A DNA stretch of 64,000 nt from an uncultured Pelagibacteraceae bacterium (GTDB taxonomy: Bacteria; Pseudomonadota; Alphaproteobacteria; Pelagibacterales; AG-422-B15): the NCBI GenBank assembly GCA_902584815.1, contig CACIBF010000001.1, forward strand, positions 9,653-73,652, given 5' to 3'. Both the position numbers and the translations under genes were made by a program. Below are positions 30,817-40,324 of the stretch, one piece after another. Below the pieces are notes generated by a model that made no database searches, had not been told where the DNA came from, and saw only the letters and a program-made list of their open reading frames with translations. The first letter of the stretch is position 1; each line of letters starts with the position of its first letter.

Positions 30817-33225
30817 ATGAACATAAACAAGATACCAGTTCTTCCCCTGAGAGATATCGTAGTTTTCCCACATATGGTTGTTCCACTATTTGTTGGGAGA
30901 GATAAGTCTGTTAAGGCTCTTGAAAGCGTTATGAAGGGTGACAAAAAAATAATGTTGATTACTCAAAAAAGTGCTTCAGTTGATGACCCTAAGAAAAATG
31001 ATCTATTTGATTTTGGGACAGTAGCTAATGTGTTGCAGCTACTAAAACTCCCTGATGGAACTGTTAAAGTGTTAGTTGAGGGACTAAATAGAGCCTCGAT
31101 TAATGTTTTTTTTGAAAACGAAGAGTTTTTACAAGCTGATGTTGATCAGATTATTGAGACTATAGACTCTTCTGATAAGCAACTAAGAGCAATGTCTAAG
31201 TCAACAACGGATGAGTTTGATAAGTATGTAAACTTAAATAAAAAGATTCCACCGGAGGTTCTTGGAACGATCAATGAAATAGATGAGCTTGGAAAATTAA
31301 GCGACACTATTGCTTCACACTTATCAATCAAACTATCTGATAAACAGCAAATATTAGAGTCCGTTGATTTATATGAACGATTTGAAAAAATCCTTTCTTT
31401 TATTCAGTCAGAACTAGACGTCTTACAGGTTGAGAAAAAAATTCGTGGAAGAGTAAAAAACCAAATGGAAAAAACTCAAAGAGAATATTATTTGAATGAG
31501 CAAATGAAAGCTATTCAAAAAGAGCTTGGTGAGAATGAAGATGGCAAGGATGATATTTCTGAGTACGAAGAAAAGATCGAAAAGATGAAATTGACAAAAG
31601 AGGCTAAAGAAAAGTGCTACGCTGAAATTAAAAAAATCAGATCAATGAGTCCAATGTCAGCTGAGTCTAGCGTTATAAGGAATTATCTTGACTGGGTTTT
31701 ATCTATTCCATGGGGAAAGAAAACAAAGGTTAAGAAAGATATTAACTTTGCAAAACAAGTTTTAGATGAAGATCATTATGGTTTAGAAAAAGTTAAAGAG
31801 AGAATACTTGAATATTTAGCTGTACAACAAAGAATTAAAAAGATGAAAGGTCCTATCTTATGTCTCGTTGGTGCACCTGGAGTAGGAAAAACTTCACTTG
31901 GTAAATCCATTGCTCGTTCAACTGGCCGTAAGTTTGTAAGGATGTCGTTGGGTGGAGTAAGAGATGAGGCTGAAATAAGAGGGCATAGAAGAACTTATAT
32001 AGGTTCTATGCCTGGCAAGGTATTACAAATGATGAAAAAAGCGGGTTCATCAAATCCATTATTCTTGCTTGATGAAATAGACAAGTTAGGCGCAGACTAT
32101 AGGGGAGACCCATCATCTGCTCTTTTGGAAGTTCTAGACCCTGAACAAAACAATACGTTCAATGATCACTATTTAGAAGTTGATTACGATCTATCCGATA
32201 CAATGTTTTTAACAACAGCCAATACATTGAGAATGCCTCCAGCATTACTTGATCGAATGGAGATTATTAGAATTGCTGGTTACACAGAAGATGAAAAGGT
32301 TCAAATTGCAAAACAACATTTAATTCCAGAAATTATGAAGAAGCATGGTCTGAAAGATGGTGAGTTAGCAATTGAGGACAATGCAGTCACATCTTTAATT
32401 AGGTACTACACTCGCGAAGCCGGCGTAAGAAGTCTTGAGAGAGAAATTGCCAACCTTGCTAGAAAAGCTATTAAAAAGATTGTTGCTGGAGAGATTAAAA
32501 ATCTAACCATTAATGAAGAAAATGTTAATGAATATGCCGGTGTTAAAAAATATAAATATGGTGAAATTGATGCTGATGATCAAGTTGGCATTGTAACAGG
32601 CCTTGCCTGGACTGAAGTAGGCGGAGATATACTTCCAATTGAAGCAGTTATCATGCCTGGCAAAGGCATCATGACCATTACCGGTAAACTTGGAGATGTA
32701 ATGAAAGAGTCTATTCAAGCTGCTAAATCATACGTTCGTTCTAGGTGCATTGATTTTGGGATTAAGCCAACAATTTTTCCGATTAGAGATATTCATATTC
32801 ACGTACCTGAAGGCGCAATTCCAAAAGATGGTCCATCAGCAGGTCTTGCAATGGTTACTTCAATTGTCTCTGTGTTAACAGGTATTCCTGTTAGAAAAGA
32901 TATTGCCATGACTGGAGAGGTGACTTTGAGAGGTAAGGCTCTAGGAATCGGCGGTTTAAAAGAAAAGCTGTTAGCTGCACTAAGAGCTGGAACAAAAACT
33001 GTAATTATTCCAAAAGAGAATGAAAAAGACTTAGAGGATATTCCTGACAATGTAAAAGAAGGCTTGGAATTGATATTTGTAGATAACGTCGATGATGTTC
33101 TTAAAATTGCACTTACTAAACCATTAATTCCTATTGAGTGGGATGAAAGTGAATCTGTAAGTGGCGGCAGTGAAATATCAGAAGATGATCAAGACCAAGA
33201 TCAGGATCCTCTTTTAACACACTGA
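30817..33225 (+). CDS. lon: ATP-dependent protease Lon
   Basis: 802 aa. Walker A GAPGVGKTS, protease Ser DGPSAGLAM, Lys in GGLKEK. Confidence 0.96.
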   Translation: MNINKIPVLPLRDIVVFPHMVVPLFVGRDKSVKALESVMKGDKKIMLITQKSASVDDPKKNDLFDFGTVANVLQLLKLPDGTVKVLVEGLNRASINVFFENEEFLQADVDQIIETIDSSDKQLRAMSKSTTDEFDKYVNLNKKIPPEVLGTINEIDELGKLSDTIASHLSIKLSDKQQILESVDLYERFEKILSFIQSELDVLQVEKKIRGRVKNQMEKTQREYYLNEQMKAIQKELGENEDGKDDISEYEEKIEKMKLTKEAKEKCYAEIKKIRSMSPMSAESSVIRNYLDWVLSIPWGKKTKVKKDINFAKQVLDEDHYGLEKVKERILEYLAVQQRIKKMKGPILCLVGAPGVGKTSLGKSIARSTGRKFVRMSLGGVRDEAEIRGHRRTYIGSMPGKVLQMMKKAGSSNPLFLLDEIDKLGADYRGDPSSALLEVLDPEQNNTFNDHYLEVDYDLSDTMFLTTANTLRMPPALLDRMEIIRIAGYTEDEKVQIAKQHLIPEIMKKHGLKDGELAIEDNAVTSLIRYYTREAGVRSLEREIANLARKAIKKIVAGEIKNLTINEENVNEYAGVKKYKYGEIDADDQVGIVTGLAWTEVGGDILPIEAVIMPGKGIMTITGKLGDVMKESIQAAKSYVRSRCIDFGIKPTIFPIRDIHIHVPEGAIPKDGPSAGLAMVTSIVSVLTGIPVRKDIAMTGEVTLRGKALGIGGLKEKLLAALRAGTKTVIIPKENEKDLEDIPDNVKEGLELIFVDNVDDVLKIALTKPLIPIEWDESESVSGGSEISEDDQDQDQDPLLTH

Positions 33226-33364
33226 ATCTAAATATATTTTTATCTTTTAAACATATCACATATCATTTTTATTAGTTTTCCTAGGGTTTTCGCCTTGACT
33301 ATATGTAGTAGATCAGTTCCTATATATGTATTAACGAATCAAACTCCTAAAAAGGGGGGATTAT

Positions 33365-33646
33365 ATGAATAAACAAGATCTAATTGGTAAAGTTGCCGAA
33401 ATAACTGGAATGCAAAAATCTGACTCAGAAAAAGCTGTGAACGCTGTATTTGATCAAATCACAGATGTTCTTAAGCAAAGAGGAGAAGTAAGATTAGTAG
33501 GATTTGGAACATTTAAAACCTCTATTCGTAAAGCATCTCAAGGTAGAAACCCTCGTACTAACGAAGTTATTCAAATACCTCAGTCAACTCGACCAAAGTT
33601 TACTGCTGGTAAGGGTTTAAAAGAGGCTGTCAATAACGCAGGCTAA
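33365..33646 (+). CDS. hupB: DNA-binding protein HU
   Basis: 93 aa. GFGTFK and RNPRTNE. Strong SD AAGGGGGGA upstream. Confidence 0.93.
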   Translation: MNKQDLIGKVAEITGMQKSDSEKAVNAVFDQITDVLKQRGEVRLVGFGTFKTSIRKASQGRNPRTNEVIQIPQSTRPKFTAGKGLKEAVNNAG

Positions 33647-33677
33647 TTTACTGCCGGTAAAACTTTTTAAAAAAAAG

Positions 33678-33708
33678 CTCGATCGCTAATTAGTGGTCGA
33701 GTTTTTTT
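33678..33708 (+). terminator. Rho-independent terminator after hupB
   Basis: Stem CTCGATC/GGTCGAG (one G-U pair), 10-nt loop, T7 run, and an A-run upstream. Confidence 0.6.
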
Positions 33709-33760
33709 GTTAAAAATAAACTGGGAAATAATCATAAAATATATATATTCCAATCTTCAA

Positions 33761-33836
33761 GGGCGATTAGCTCAGCTGGAAGAGCGTCACGTTTACACCG
33801 TGAATGTCGGCAGTTCGAACCTGTCATCGCCCACCA
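33761..33836 (+). tRNA. tRNA-Val (anticodon UAC)
   Basis: Cloverleaf GGGCGAT...ATCGCCC, anticodon loop TTTACAC, T-loop TTCGAAC, encoded CCA. Confidence 0.95.
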
Positions 33837-33868
33837 TTTCTCCCACGAGATGGACGATCAAATATAGT

Positions 33869-33946
33869 GGGGGTGTAGCTCAGTCTGGTTAGAGCGCCTG
33901 CCTGTCACGCAGGAGGTCGCGGGTTCGAGTCCCGTCACTCCCGCCA
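33869..33946 (+). tRNA. tRNA-Asp (anticodon GUC)
   Basis: Acceptor GGGGGTG/CACTCCC, anticodon loop CTGTCAC, T-loop TTCGAGT, encoded CCA. Confidence 0.95.
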
Positions 33947-33989
33947 CTTTATTCATTTAAAATTAGTTGAATGAGAGTATAATTTTTTC

Positions 33990-35285
33990 ATGCGTATATT
34001 CTTTTTTATATTTTTCATATTTATTTCAATTAACGAAGTTTTAGCCAATAGCAATCCGATTCCAGGACCACGTGATTGTTTTTGGGCAAGAGGTCCGTTT
34101 AGTTCTGATCCATATATTAATGTCGCATATCCTGACTCTAATGTTTATTATTGGGCTGCAGCATTTTCTATGCCTGAGGGTTCCACTCTAGAGATTCAAG
34201 GAGAATATCCTCGTTCTCGTTATATGTCTTTTTTCAGTTACAATGAGAGAGGAAAGCCTATTGGCTCACTTACTGATTATCAAATTCAATCTGAAGCCAC
34301 GAATCCATTTATACCTGGCAATCAAAGATCAGATTTTAACCGTTCTTATTCAATCAATGTACTGAATGAAAGCCCAACAACAAGTCAAAGCACTAATAAT
34401 ATTTTGTACACGCCAGAGTACCGAAAACGACAACAATTGATTGTTTATAGAATATATTTGCCAGATCAAAATATTGATATTACAGGAGGCGCTAAACTTC
34501 CTCAGCCTATAATCACCTTATCAAATGGAACAAAATTAAGAGGTAAACAAACATGCGAAATTCTAAATACTAGTCAACCTCTCCAAGTTTCGTTCGATGC
34601 CTTAGGGATCCCACCAAACGAATATCGTAGATTGATATCTCAACCTGATAAACCTGATACATGGCCGGCTCACAATCCACCAAAGTGGTTTATTCAACTA
34701 GATCGTAAAAGTTTAATTGGAATGTATACAGGAAAAATTGATCCAAATGCCCCTCGAAGTGAAGGAGGATTTTATCCAAATCTAGATAATCAATATATTC
34801 GATCTATTTTAAATCGTAAGCATGGTAAGGTTTTGATTGTAAGAGGTAAAGCTCCAACAACCGCAAAAACATATTCAGGAACATCCTCAACAGAGGAGTC
34901 AAATGTCCGGTATTGGTCTCTTTGTTCTAATCAAAGTTTTGTAAATACACGGGTAAATGATTGTTTATTTGATGAAGAAGTACCAATTGACAAAAATGGA
35001 TTCTATACAATTGCTATCAGTAGAGTAGAGGATCGTCCGCGAAATGCTGTAAATCAATGTGGTATGGCATGGCTGCCAATGGCTGACGATGGAGATGGTA
35101 TGTTTGATGATGATGTGACGATTATTCAATTTAGGCATTTATTACCATCTGATAATTTTGAACATTCTATTCAAAAAGTGGAGAGACAAGATCAGCTAAG
35201 GAAGGTAATGGGTCCATATATGCCAAGAGCCAGATATTTTATGCCCAATCAGGTCGAAACTTTTTTTCCTTGTCCTAGTAAATAA
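33990..35285 (+). CDS. Secreted protein of unknown function (possibly DUF1214/DUF1254-like)
   Basis: 431 aa. Signal peptide ...INEVLA|NS. RYWSLCSNQ...DKNGFYTIAISRVEDRP...AWLP resembles DUF1214-type motifs; recognition only. Confidence 0.65.
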   Translation: MRIFFFIFFIFISINEVLANSNPIPGPRDCFWARGPFSSDPYINVAYPDSNVYYWAAAFSMPEGSTLEIQGEYPRSRYMSFFSYNERGKPIGSLTDYQIQSEATNPFIPGNQRSDFNRSYSINVLNESPTTSQSTNNILYTPEYRKRQQLIVYRIYLPDQNIDITGGAKLPQPIITLSNGTKLRGKQTCEILNTSQPLQVSFDALGIPPNEYRRLISQPDKPDTWPAHNPPKWFIQLDRKSLIGMYTGKIDPNAPRSEGGFYPNLDNQYIRSILNRKHGKVLIVRGKAPTTAKTYSGTSSTEESNVRYWSLCSNQSFVNTRVNDCLFDEEVPIDKNGFYTIAISRVEDRPRNAVNQCGMAWLPMADDGDGMFDDDVTIIQFRHLLPSDNFEHSIQKVERQDQLRKVMGPYMPRARYFMPNQVETFFPCPSK

Positions 35286-35308
35286 AAATACACCTATTGT
35301 ATTTTTCT
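35285..35308 (+). terminator. AT-rich terminator-like hairpin
   Basis: Stem AAAATACA/TGTATTTT, loop CCTAT, T-rich 3' side. Overlaps the stop codon of the 431-aa gene. Confidence 0.4.
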
Positions 35309-35330
35309 AATTTAATATTACTTAATTGAA

Positions 35331-35744
35331 ATGATTTTAGCTTTAACCTTTGTATACAGTCTTATAGTAGGTTTCATGATATTTTTTATGAGTGTTGTAA
35401 CACCTTCGGTTTTCAAAATACTCGATGAAATAAATTCAAGAAACTTCTTAAGGTTTATATTTCCAAGAATGTTTCTATATGGCTTTATATTATCATTTGT
35501 CGCTCTTTTGTTGTCTATTTATATGAGAGATCAGTTACTCATATTAATCTCAGTTTTCATTTCAATCTTATTTCTTATTAATACATACATTATTACTCCA
35601 AAAATTAATCTTCATCGTGATCAGTTTAAAGATGGCGTAATGGAATCTGAAAAAGTTTTTAAAAGGTTTCACTTAATATCTGTATTAATTTTTCTTGTTC
35701 AGTTGATAAGTGCAATTAGTGCCATCATTGTAAATAATTTATAA
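35331..35744 (+). CDS. Small 4-TM membrane protein (possibly DUF4149-like)
   Basis: 137 aa with four hydrophobic helices. Family assignment tentative. Confidence 0.6.
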   Translation: MILALTFVYSLIVGFMIFFMSVVTPSVFKILDEINSRNFLRFIFPRMFLYGFILSFVALLLSIYMRDQLLILISVFISILFLINTYIITPKINLHRDQFKDGVMESEKVFKRFHLISVLIFLVQLISAISAIIVNNL

Positions 35745-35757
35745 AGGAGCATAACAT

Positions 35758-35949
35758 ATGAAAATCTTAAAAGTATTAGAAGATGTACAACTAGTTATTG
35801 CAGATATTGAAGTTACAATTGGAGATAAAAAACAAAATGCTCCAACCTTATGCGCTAGACATGAAGGTAAAATTATACCTTTGAATTCAGCTCATGATGG
35901 AAGACCAATCTTAATGAAAATAGAAAATACAATAGAAGAAGGCGTTTAA
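35758..35949 (+). CDS. Hypothetical 63-aa protein
   Basis: Canonical SD AAAGGAGC 7 nt upstream of the ATG, one of the better SD matches I noticed in the window. No recognisable family. Confidence 0.55.
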   Translation: MKILKVLEDVQLVIADIEVTIGDKKQNAPTLCARHEGKIIPLNSAHDGRPILMKIENTIEEGV

Positions 35950-36518
35950 TTCTTTTTTGCTGCTGTTTTTTTTACATCATCAAGAAACTTCATTCTTATC
36001 TTTTTCTCGACAAAAGGAACTGCAAAATATCTTTTGTAAATAATATTTCTAATGCCACAGATATGAAAAACTCCTCTTTTTAATCTTCTTATCGGTAAAT
36101 TTAAAAAGAACGTTGTGATCGCAAGTCTTGGTGATCCATATGTACAAAATATAATTGCTTTTTTATCTTTTAAATTACCTAGAGGATATCCATAGTTTCC
36201 TACCAACTGTTTGAAGGTAAATGCCCATGGAGGCGCTAAAACTTTATCGATCCAACCTTCTAGTATAGCTGGCATTCTAAAATTCCAGATTGGAGCAATA
36301 AGAACAATTGTATCACACGCCTCAATTCTTTTTCTATGATCAAGAACTTCAGAATCCGGATCTTCGCCGGCAAATACTGGATTAAAATTTTCTTTATATA
36401 GATCTAATAAATCGATGTGATGACCAGAGTCTTGAGCACTTTCAATAAATGTATCTCTTATCGCTGCGTTAAATGAGTTATCATCATAATGTCCATAAAC
36501 GATAAAGAATCTTTTCAT
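35946..36518 (-). CDS. Flavodoxin-like-fold NAD(P)H dehydrogenase (quinone) family protein
   Basis: 190 aa. N-terminal FFIVYGHYDDNSFNAA and LIAPIWNFRMPAILEGWID, typical of the Flavodoxin_2/NQO-KefF-type family. Confidence 0.85.
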   Translation of the reverse strand: MKRFFIVYGHYDDNSFNAAIRDTFIESAQDSGHHIDLLDLYKENFNPVFAGEDPDSEVLDHRKRIEACDTIVLIAPIWNFRMPAILEGWIDKVLAPPWAFTFKQLVGNYGYPLGNLKDKKAIIFCTYGSPRLAITTFFLNLPIRRLKRGVFHICGIRNIIYKRYFAVPFVEKKIRMKFLDDVKKTAAKKN

Positions 36519-36552
36519 ACTGACTTAATTATATTTAAGTCAGTCATTTTTT
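36519..36552 (+). other. Strong hairpin plus T-run abutting the start codon of the NAD(P)H dehydrogenase gene
   Basis: 10-bp stem ACTGACTTAA/TTAAGTCAGT, loop TTATAT, then CATTTTTT. Terminator-shaped only on the plus strand. Confidence 0.45.
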
Positions 36553-36580
36553 CTATTTGATTATAGATTAAGTTTAGTTT

Positions 36581-36865
36581 TTATTGTTTTCCAGATTTGC
36601 CATCAAAAACCTGAGGCTTATTTTTTGCTGTATAAAAGACATATGCTGTAACAACAATTGCAGCAATAAGAAGGGCATGGGCTATTGCGGTAATTCCAAA
36701 GACATAAAGGCTATCAACGATATAGAGAGAGAATACACCGCTCCACATAAATGCAAGGATTTGCATAATCATATGCCTGACCTTGAGGTTAGTAATATTG
36801 CTTAGAGGGTTGATATTGGGGTTCATTATCAAGCCCCATAAGTTTTTGAAAAAGTTCATAACCAA
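36581..36865 (-). CDS. Small 2-TM membrane protein, hypothetical
   Basis: 94 aa with two clear hydrophobic helices. The true start may be an internal Met. Confidence 0.5.
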   Translation of the reverse strand: MVMNFFKNLWGLIMNPNINPLSNITNLKVRHMIMQILAFMWSGVFSLYIVDSLYVFGITAIAHALLIAAIVVTAYVFYTAKNKPQVFDGKSGKQ

Positions 36866-36937
36866 TAATTAGTGTTTTTTAACAGTAAATCAATGAGTGA
36901 TTTGTTTTTTTTAGCGATGCTACTATATTGAAAGCAA

Positions 36938-37561
36938 ATGACAAATATCTCAATTATAGAGACCTTTTATGAGGGTTTTAGACTGGGTTCTCGAAATTAT
37001 TTTCTAATCTTAGTAAATACCATTCTTTATATTATAAGTTCAATTATTCTAGGTATCACAGTTGTCGGTATTATAGCTTTACCAGCTCTTCTTGGGGGCT
37101 ATTATCATTTCTTAATTCAAGTCGCCAAAGGCAAGTACCCTAAGTTTGGATCTATTTATGCTAAAGGTTTTCAAAATTTTGGCTCTTTATTGTTTGCGTC
37201 TATAATTAGTTGTTTAGCAATTATAATGGGACTAATACTATTTTTGATTCCTGGTATATATTTAATTATTGCATGGTCATTTATATTTTATTTAATTGTT
37301 GATCAAAATATCAATGTGAGAGAAGCATTTACAAGATCGAGATCTCTTATTCATTCTGTTGGCTGGTGGAAAACAGCAGGAGTTCTTGGCTTGAGTCATT
37401 TGATATACATTATGTTTGAAATATTTGCGTTTATACCGAGTATTGGCATTTATATTTATTTAATGGGACCAATTCTAATATATCCATTGGTTTCGATGGT
37501 CTATGTCGTTTATTATCTGAAAGTTATTAAATTATATGATAATCCTATTCAGAGTAATTAG
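36938..37561 (+). CDS. Multi-pass membrane protein (DUF975-like)
   Basis: 207 aa. FLIPGIYLIIAWSFIFYLIVDQNINVREAFTRSRSL fits the DUF975 pattern; recognition only. Confidence 0.6.
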   Translation: MTNISIIETFYEGFRLGSRNYFLILVNTILYIISSIILGITVVGIIALPALLGGYYHFLIQVAKGKYPKFGSIYAKGFQNFGSLLFASIISCLAIIMGLILFLIPGIYLIIAWSFIFYLIVDQNINVREAFTRSRSLIHSVGWWKTAGVLGLSHLIYIMFEIFAFIPSIGIYIYLMGPILIYPLVSMVYVVYYLKVIKLYDNPIQSN

Positions 37562-37567
37562 GGTTTT

Positions 37568-38263
37568 TTAATCTAATTCTTTCAAGGTAATACCTTTTAA
37601 ATTTGCAGGAACAGCAATGTCCATCATTTTAGGATTTGCTAAATTTAAATTATTCATGATCTCGGCATATTCATCTGCGTTATTCACTTGAAGTCTTGGG
37701 TTATTTTTCTTCTCACTGCCAATTGTCGATGATCGTTTTTGGTTATAGTCATGAGCAGGATATACGATCGTTTCATCTGGAAGACTTAAAACACGATTAA
37801 ATAAAGAATTATATGCATCATGAGGACTACCATTTTGAAAATCTGTTCGACCTGTACCATTAATTAAAAGAGTATCACCAGTGAATATACTATCTTTCAT
37901 AATAAAGCAGTAAGAGTCATCTGTATGTCCGGGAGTATAAATTACTTTTAAATCTATCTTTTCTATTTTAATTATTTCTTCATCTTTGACTTTCAAATCA
38001 ATGACTTCTGATTTTGAATTTTCTCCCATAACTTTGGTGCATCCAGTTCTTTGGCTAAGTTCATTTAATCCTGTAATATGATCAGCGTGAATATGAGTAT
38101 CGATTACTTTAACTAATTTTAATTCTAGATTCTCCAGCACCTTTATGTAATGGTTTGAGTGTTCAATTACTGGATCAATGATTAAGGCCTCCCGACCTTT
38201 GCCACTAGCAATAACATAAGTGTATGTCGATGATTTATCATCAAACAACTGTTCAAAAATCAT
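37568..38263 (-). CDS. MBL-fold persulfide dioxygenase (ETHE1-like)
   Basis: DTHIHADHITG metal motif, YTPGHTDDS and GDTLLINGTGRTDF. Lies downstream of sqr. Confidence 0.85.
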   Translation of the reverse strand: MIFEQLFDDKSSTYTYVIASGKGREALIIDPVIEHSNHYIKVLENLELKLVKVIDTHIHADHITGLNELSQRTGCTKVMGENSKSEVIDLKVKDEEIIKIEKIDLKVIYTPGHTDDSYCFIMKDSIFTGDTLLINGTGRTDFQNGSPHDAYNSLFNRVLSLPDETIVYPAHDYNQKRSSTIGSEKKNNPRLQVNNADEYAEIMNNLNLANPKMMDIAVPANLKGITLKELD

Positions 38264-38297
38264 AGTTTAAGAATACTAAATATTTTTGAAATTAAAA

Positions 38298-39539
38298 CTA
38301 TTTTGCCAGTTCTTTATGAGCAGGTCTGCTCCATTCCTTACCTTTAAACATAACATTCCATTGTAAATAAGGGAAAAGTTTGGATTTCAATTGCCAGTAA
38401 ATGGAGCTTGGCTTTGTTGGGTTAAAAGGAAAACTTGGAGTCACTTTTCCACCATAACAAAATTCTGCTAACATAACTTTTCCATAAGCAACAGTTAAAG
38501 GACATGCACCGTAGCCATCATACAGTCTGTAGGCTGCAGATGATTTATTTATATCTTTCACAATATTATGAGCGACAATAGGAGCTTGCTTTCGGACTGC
38601 TGCTCCAGTTTTTGCATTGGGCGCATTCATAACGTCTCCTAAACTATAAATATTTTCATATTTTTTATGTCTTAATGTTCCTTCTTCATGATCAACATCT
38701 ACCCAACCACCATCATCAGCGAGAGGACTATTTTTTATGAAGTCCGGCGAAGTTTGAGGAGGGGTAACATGAATAAAATCAAATTTTTTGGTAACCTCGT
38801 TTGTATTGCCATCTGCATCAGTTTGCTTAAAAACCGCCTCTTTCCCTTCACCGTCTATAGATATTAAGTTGTGCTGAAAACTTCTCTTGATTCCATAGTC
38901 ATCACAAATTTCATTCAATGGACCTTGGAATGTTGGTACTCCAAATATGACTGGTTTTGCGCATAAGAATTCTAAATTACTATTTTCTAGCACACCTTTT
39001 TGCCGTAAATGATCTGCGGCCAAGTAAGCAATTTTTTGTGGTGCGCCAGCACATTTAATTGGCATTGGTGGCTCAGTAAACAATAGATTTCCACCTTGTA
39101 TATTTTGTAGACACTCCCAAGTATAGACAGCCATATCTGAACCATAATTTGTGCAGACATTATTTTTTCCTAAAGACTCTTTAAGGCCTGAGACACCATC
39201 AAAATTCAATTTAAGTCCAGGGCAGACTACTAAATAGTCATAACTATAATCGCCATTTGAAGTTTTAACTGAATTAGATTCTGGAGAAAAACTTTCAGCA
39301 GAATCTTTTATCCAATTAACATATTTTGGCATAACACTTGCCATAGGTTTAATTGTATCATCAACATTGTATGCTCCTGCGCCAACTAATGTCCATGCAG
39401 CTTGATATAATGATTTATCTGAAGGCTCTATTACAGATATGCTGAGATCTGGTTTTAATGATTTTAATCGAGTGGCCACAGAAATTCCTGCGCATCCACC
39501 GCCGACTATAAGTATGTTTGAGTGATTATTTTTTTCCAT
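38298..39539 (-). CDS. sqr: Sulfide:quinone oxidoreductase, type II (SQRDL-like)
   Basis: FAD-binding ILIVGGGCAGISVA, PIKCAGAPQKIAYL, and a second redox Cys in GACPLTVAYGKVMLAEF. Confidence 0.88.
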   Translation of the reverse strand: MEKNNHSNILIVGGGCAGISVATRLKSLKPDLSISVIEPSDKSLYQAAWTLVGAGAYNVDDTIKPMASVMPKYVNWIKDSAESFSPESNSVKTSNGDYSYDYLVVCPGLKLNFDGVSGLKESLGKNNVCTNYGSDMAVYTWECLQNIQGGNLLFTEPPMPIKCAGAPQKIAYLAADHLRQKGVLENSNLEFLCAKPVIFGVPTFQGPLNEICDDYGIKRSFQHNLISIDGEGKEAVFKQTDADGNTNEVTKKFDFIHVTPPQTSPDFIKNSPLADDGGWVDVDHEEGTLRHKKYENIYSLGDVMNAPNAKTGAAVRKQAPIVAHNIVKDINKSSAAYRLYDGYGACPLTVAYGKVMLAEFCYGGKVTPSFPFNPTKPSSIYWQLKSKLFPYLQWNVMFKGKEWSRPAHKELAK

Positions 39540-39658
39540 AATAAAATGTTAACATCTCAATTGAGTTTGTAAATAATGTCATTCTGGTTGATGTTTTTAC
39601 ATAAAGTCATTGAAAATAAACAATAATAAAATACTGTGTATTTATTGAATTATTTGAT

Positions 39659-40324
39659 GTGTCTAAAAATTTAGAATTAGAGGTACTTGATAAGCAGAGC
39701 CTACATTGGGAAAAAAATTTCCTGAATAGACCTGATATGTTTGGGACTGACGCAAGTGTGGCTGCTGTCTATACTTTGGATCAGTTTAAAAAAAATAATT
39801 TTAAAAATATAGTTGAACTTGGCTCTGGTCAGGGAAGAGACTCAATATTTTTTGCAAAAAATGGACTTAACATTCAATCATTAGATTATAGCCAATCAGG
39901 AATAAAGCGTATTCAAGAAAAATCTACACAACTAGGACTGGGCAATCTTTTAGATGCTAAAATATTTGATGTAAGAGAAAGACTTCCTTTTGACGATAAT
40001 AGCATCGAAGGTTGCTATTCCCATATGTTATATTGTATGGCTCTTACTTTTGAAGAAATAGAGAATTTAAATAATGAAATTCACAGAGTTCTTAAACAGG
40101 GTGGGTTAAATGTATTTACTGTAAGAAATACAGAAGATGGAGACTATCAAAATGGAATCCATCGAGGGGAAGATTTATATGAAAGCAATGGATTTATTGT
40201 TCATTTCTTTTCTAAGGAAAAAATTAAAAAATTGTTGAGAGGCTTTGAATTACTCGATATGAGTACTTTTGAAGAAGGAAGTTTTCCAAGACGACTTTAT
40301 CGAGTAACAATGATGAAAATATGA
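39659..40324 (+). CDS. Class I SAM-dependent methyltransferase
   Basis: GTG start. SAM-binding VELGSGQGRDSIFFAKNG. ATGA overlap with the rhodanese gene. Confidence 0.8.
   Translation: MSKNLELEVLDKQSLHWEKNFLNRPDMFGTDASVAAVYTLDQFKKNNFKNIVELGSGQGRDSIFFAKNGLNIQSLDYSQSGIKRIQEKSTQLGLGNLLDAKIFDVRERLPFDDNSIEGCYSHMLYCMALTFEEIENLNNEIHRVLKQGGLNVFTVRNTEDGDYQNGIHRGEDLYESNGFIVHFFSKEKIKKLLRGFELLDMSTFEEGSFPRRLYRVTMMKI

Noticed and set aside
33707-33892. 61-aa ORF in the hupB-downstream spacer.
   Set aside because: It is fully accounted for by tRNA-Val (33761-33836) and the start of tRNA-Asp (33869). The ORF simply reads through the tRNA genes.
36887-36912. Second plus-strand terminator-like element (AAATCA-ATGAG-TGATTT followed by G and T8) in the divergent spacer 36866-36937.
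   Set aside because: The stem is only 6 bp with one G-C pair, so it is marginally stable and plausible by chance in AT-rich DNA. I note it only because it mirrors the stronger hairpin at 36519.
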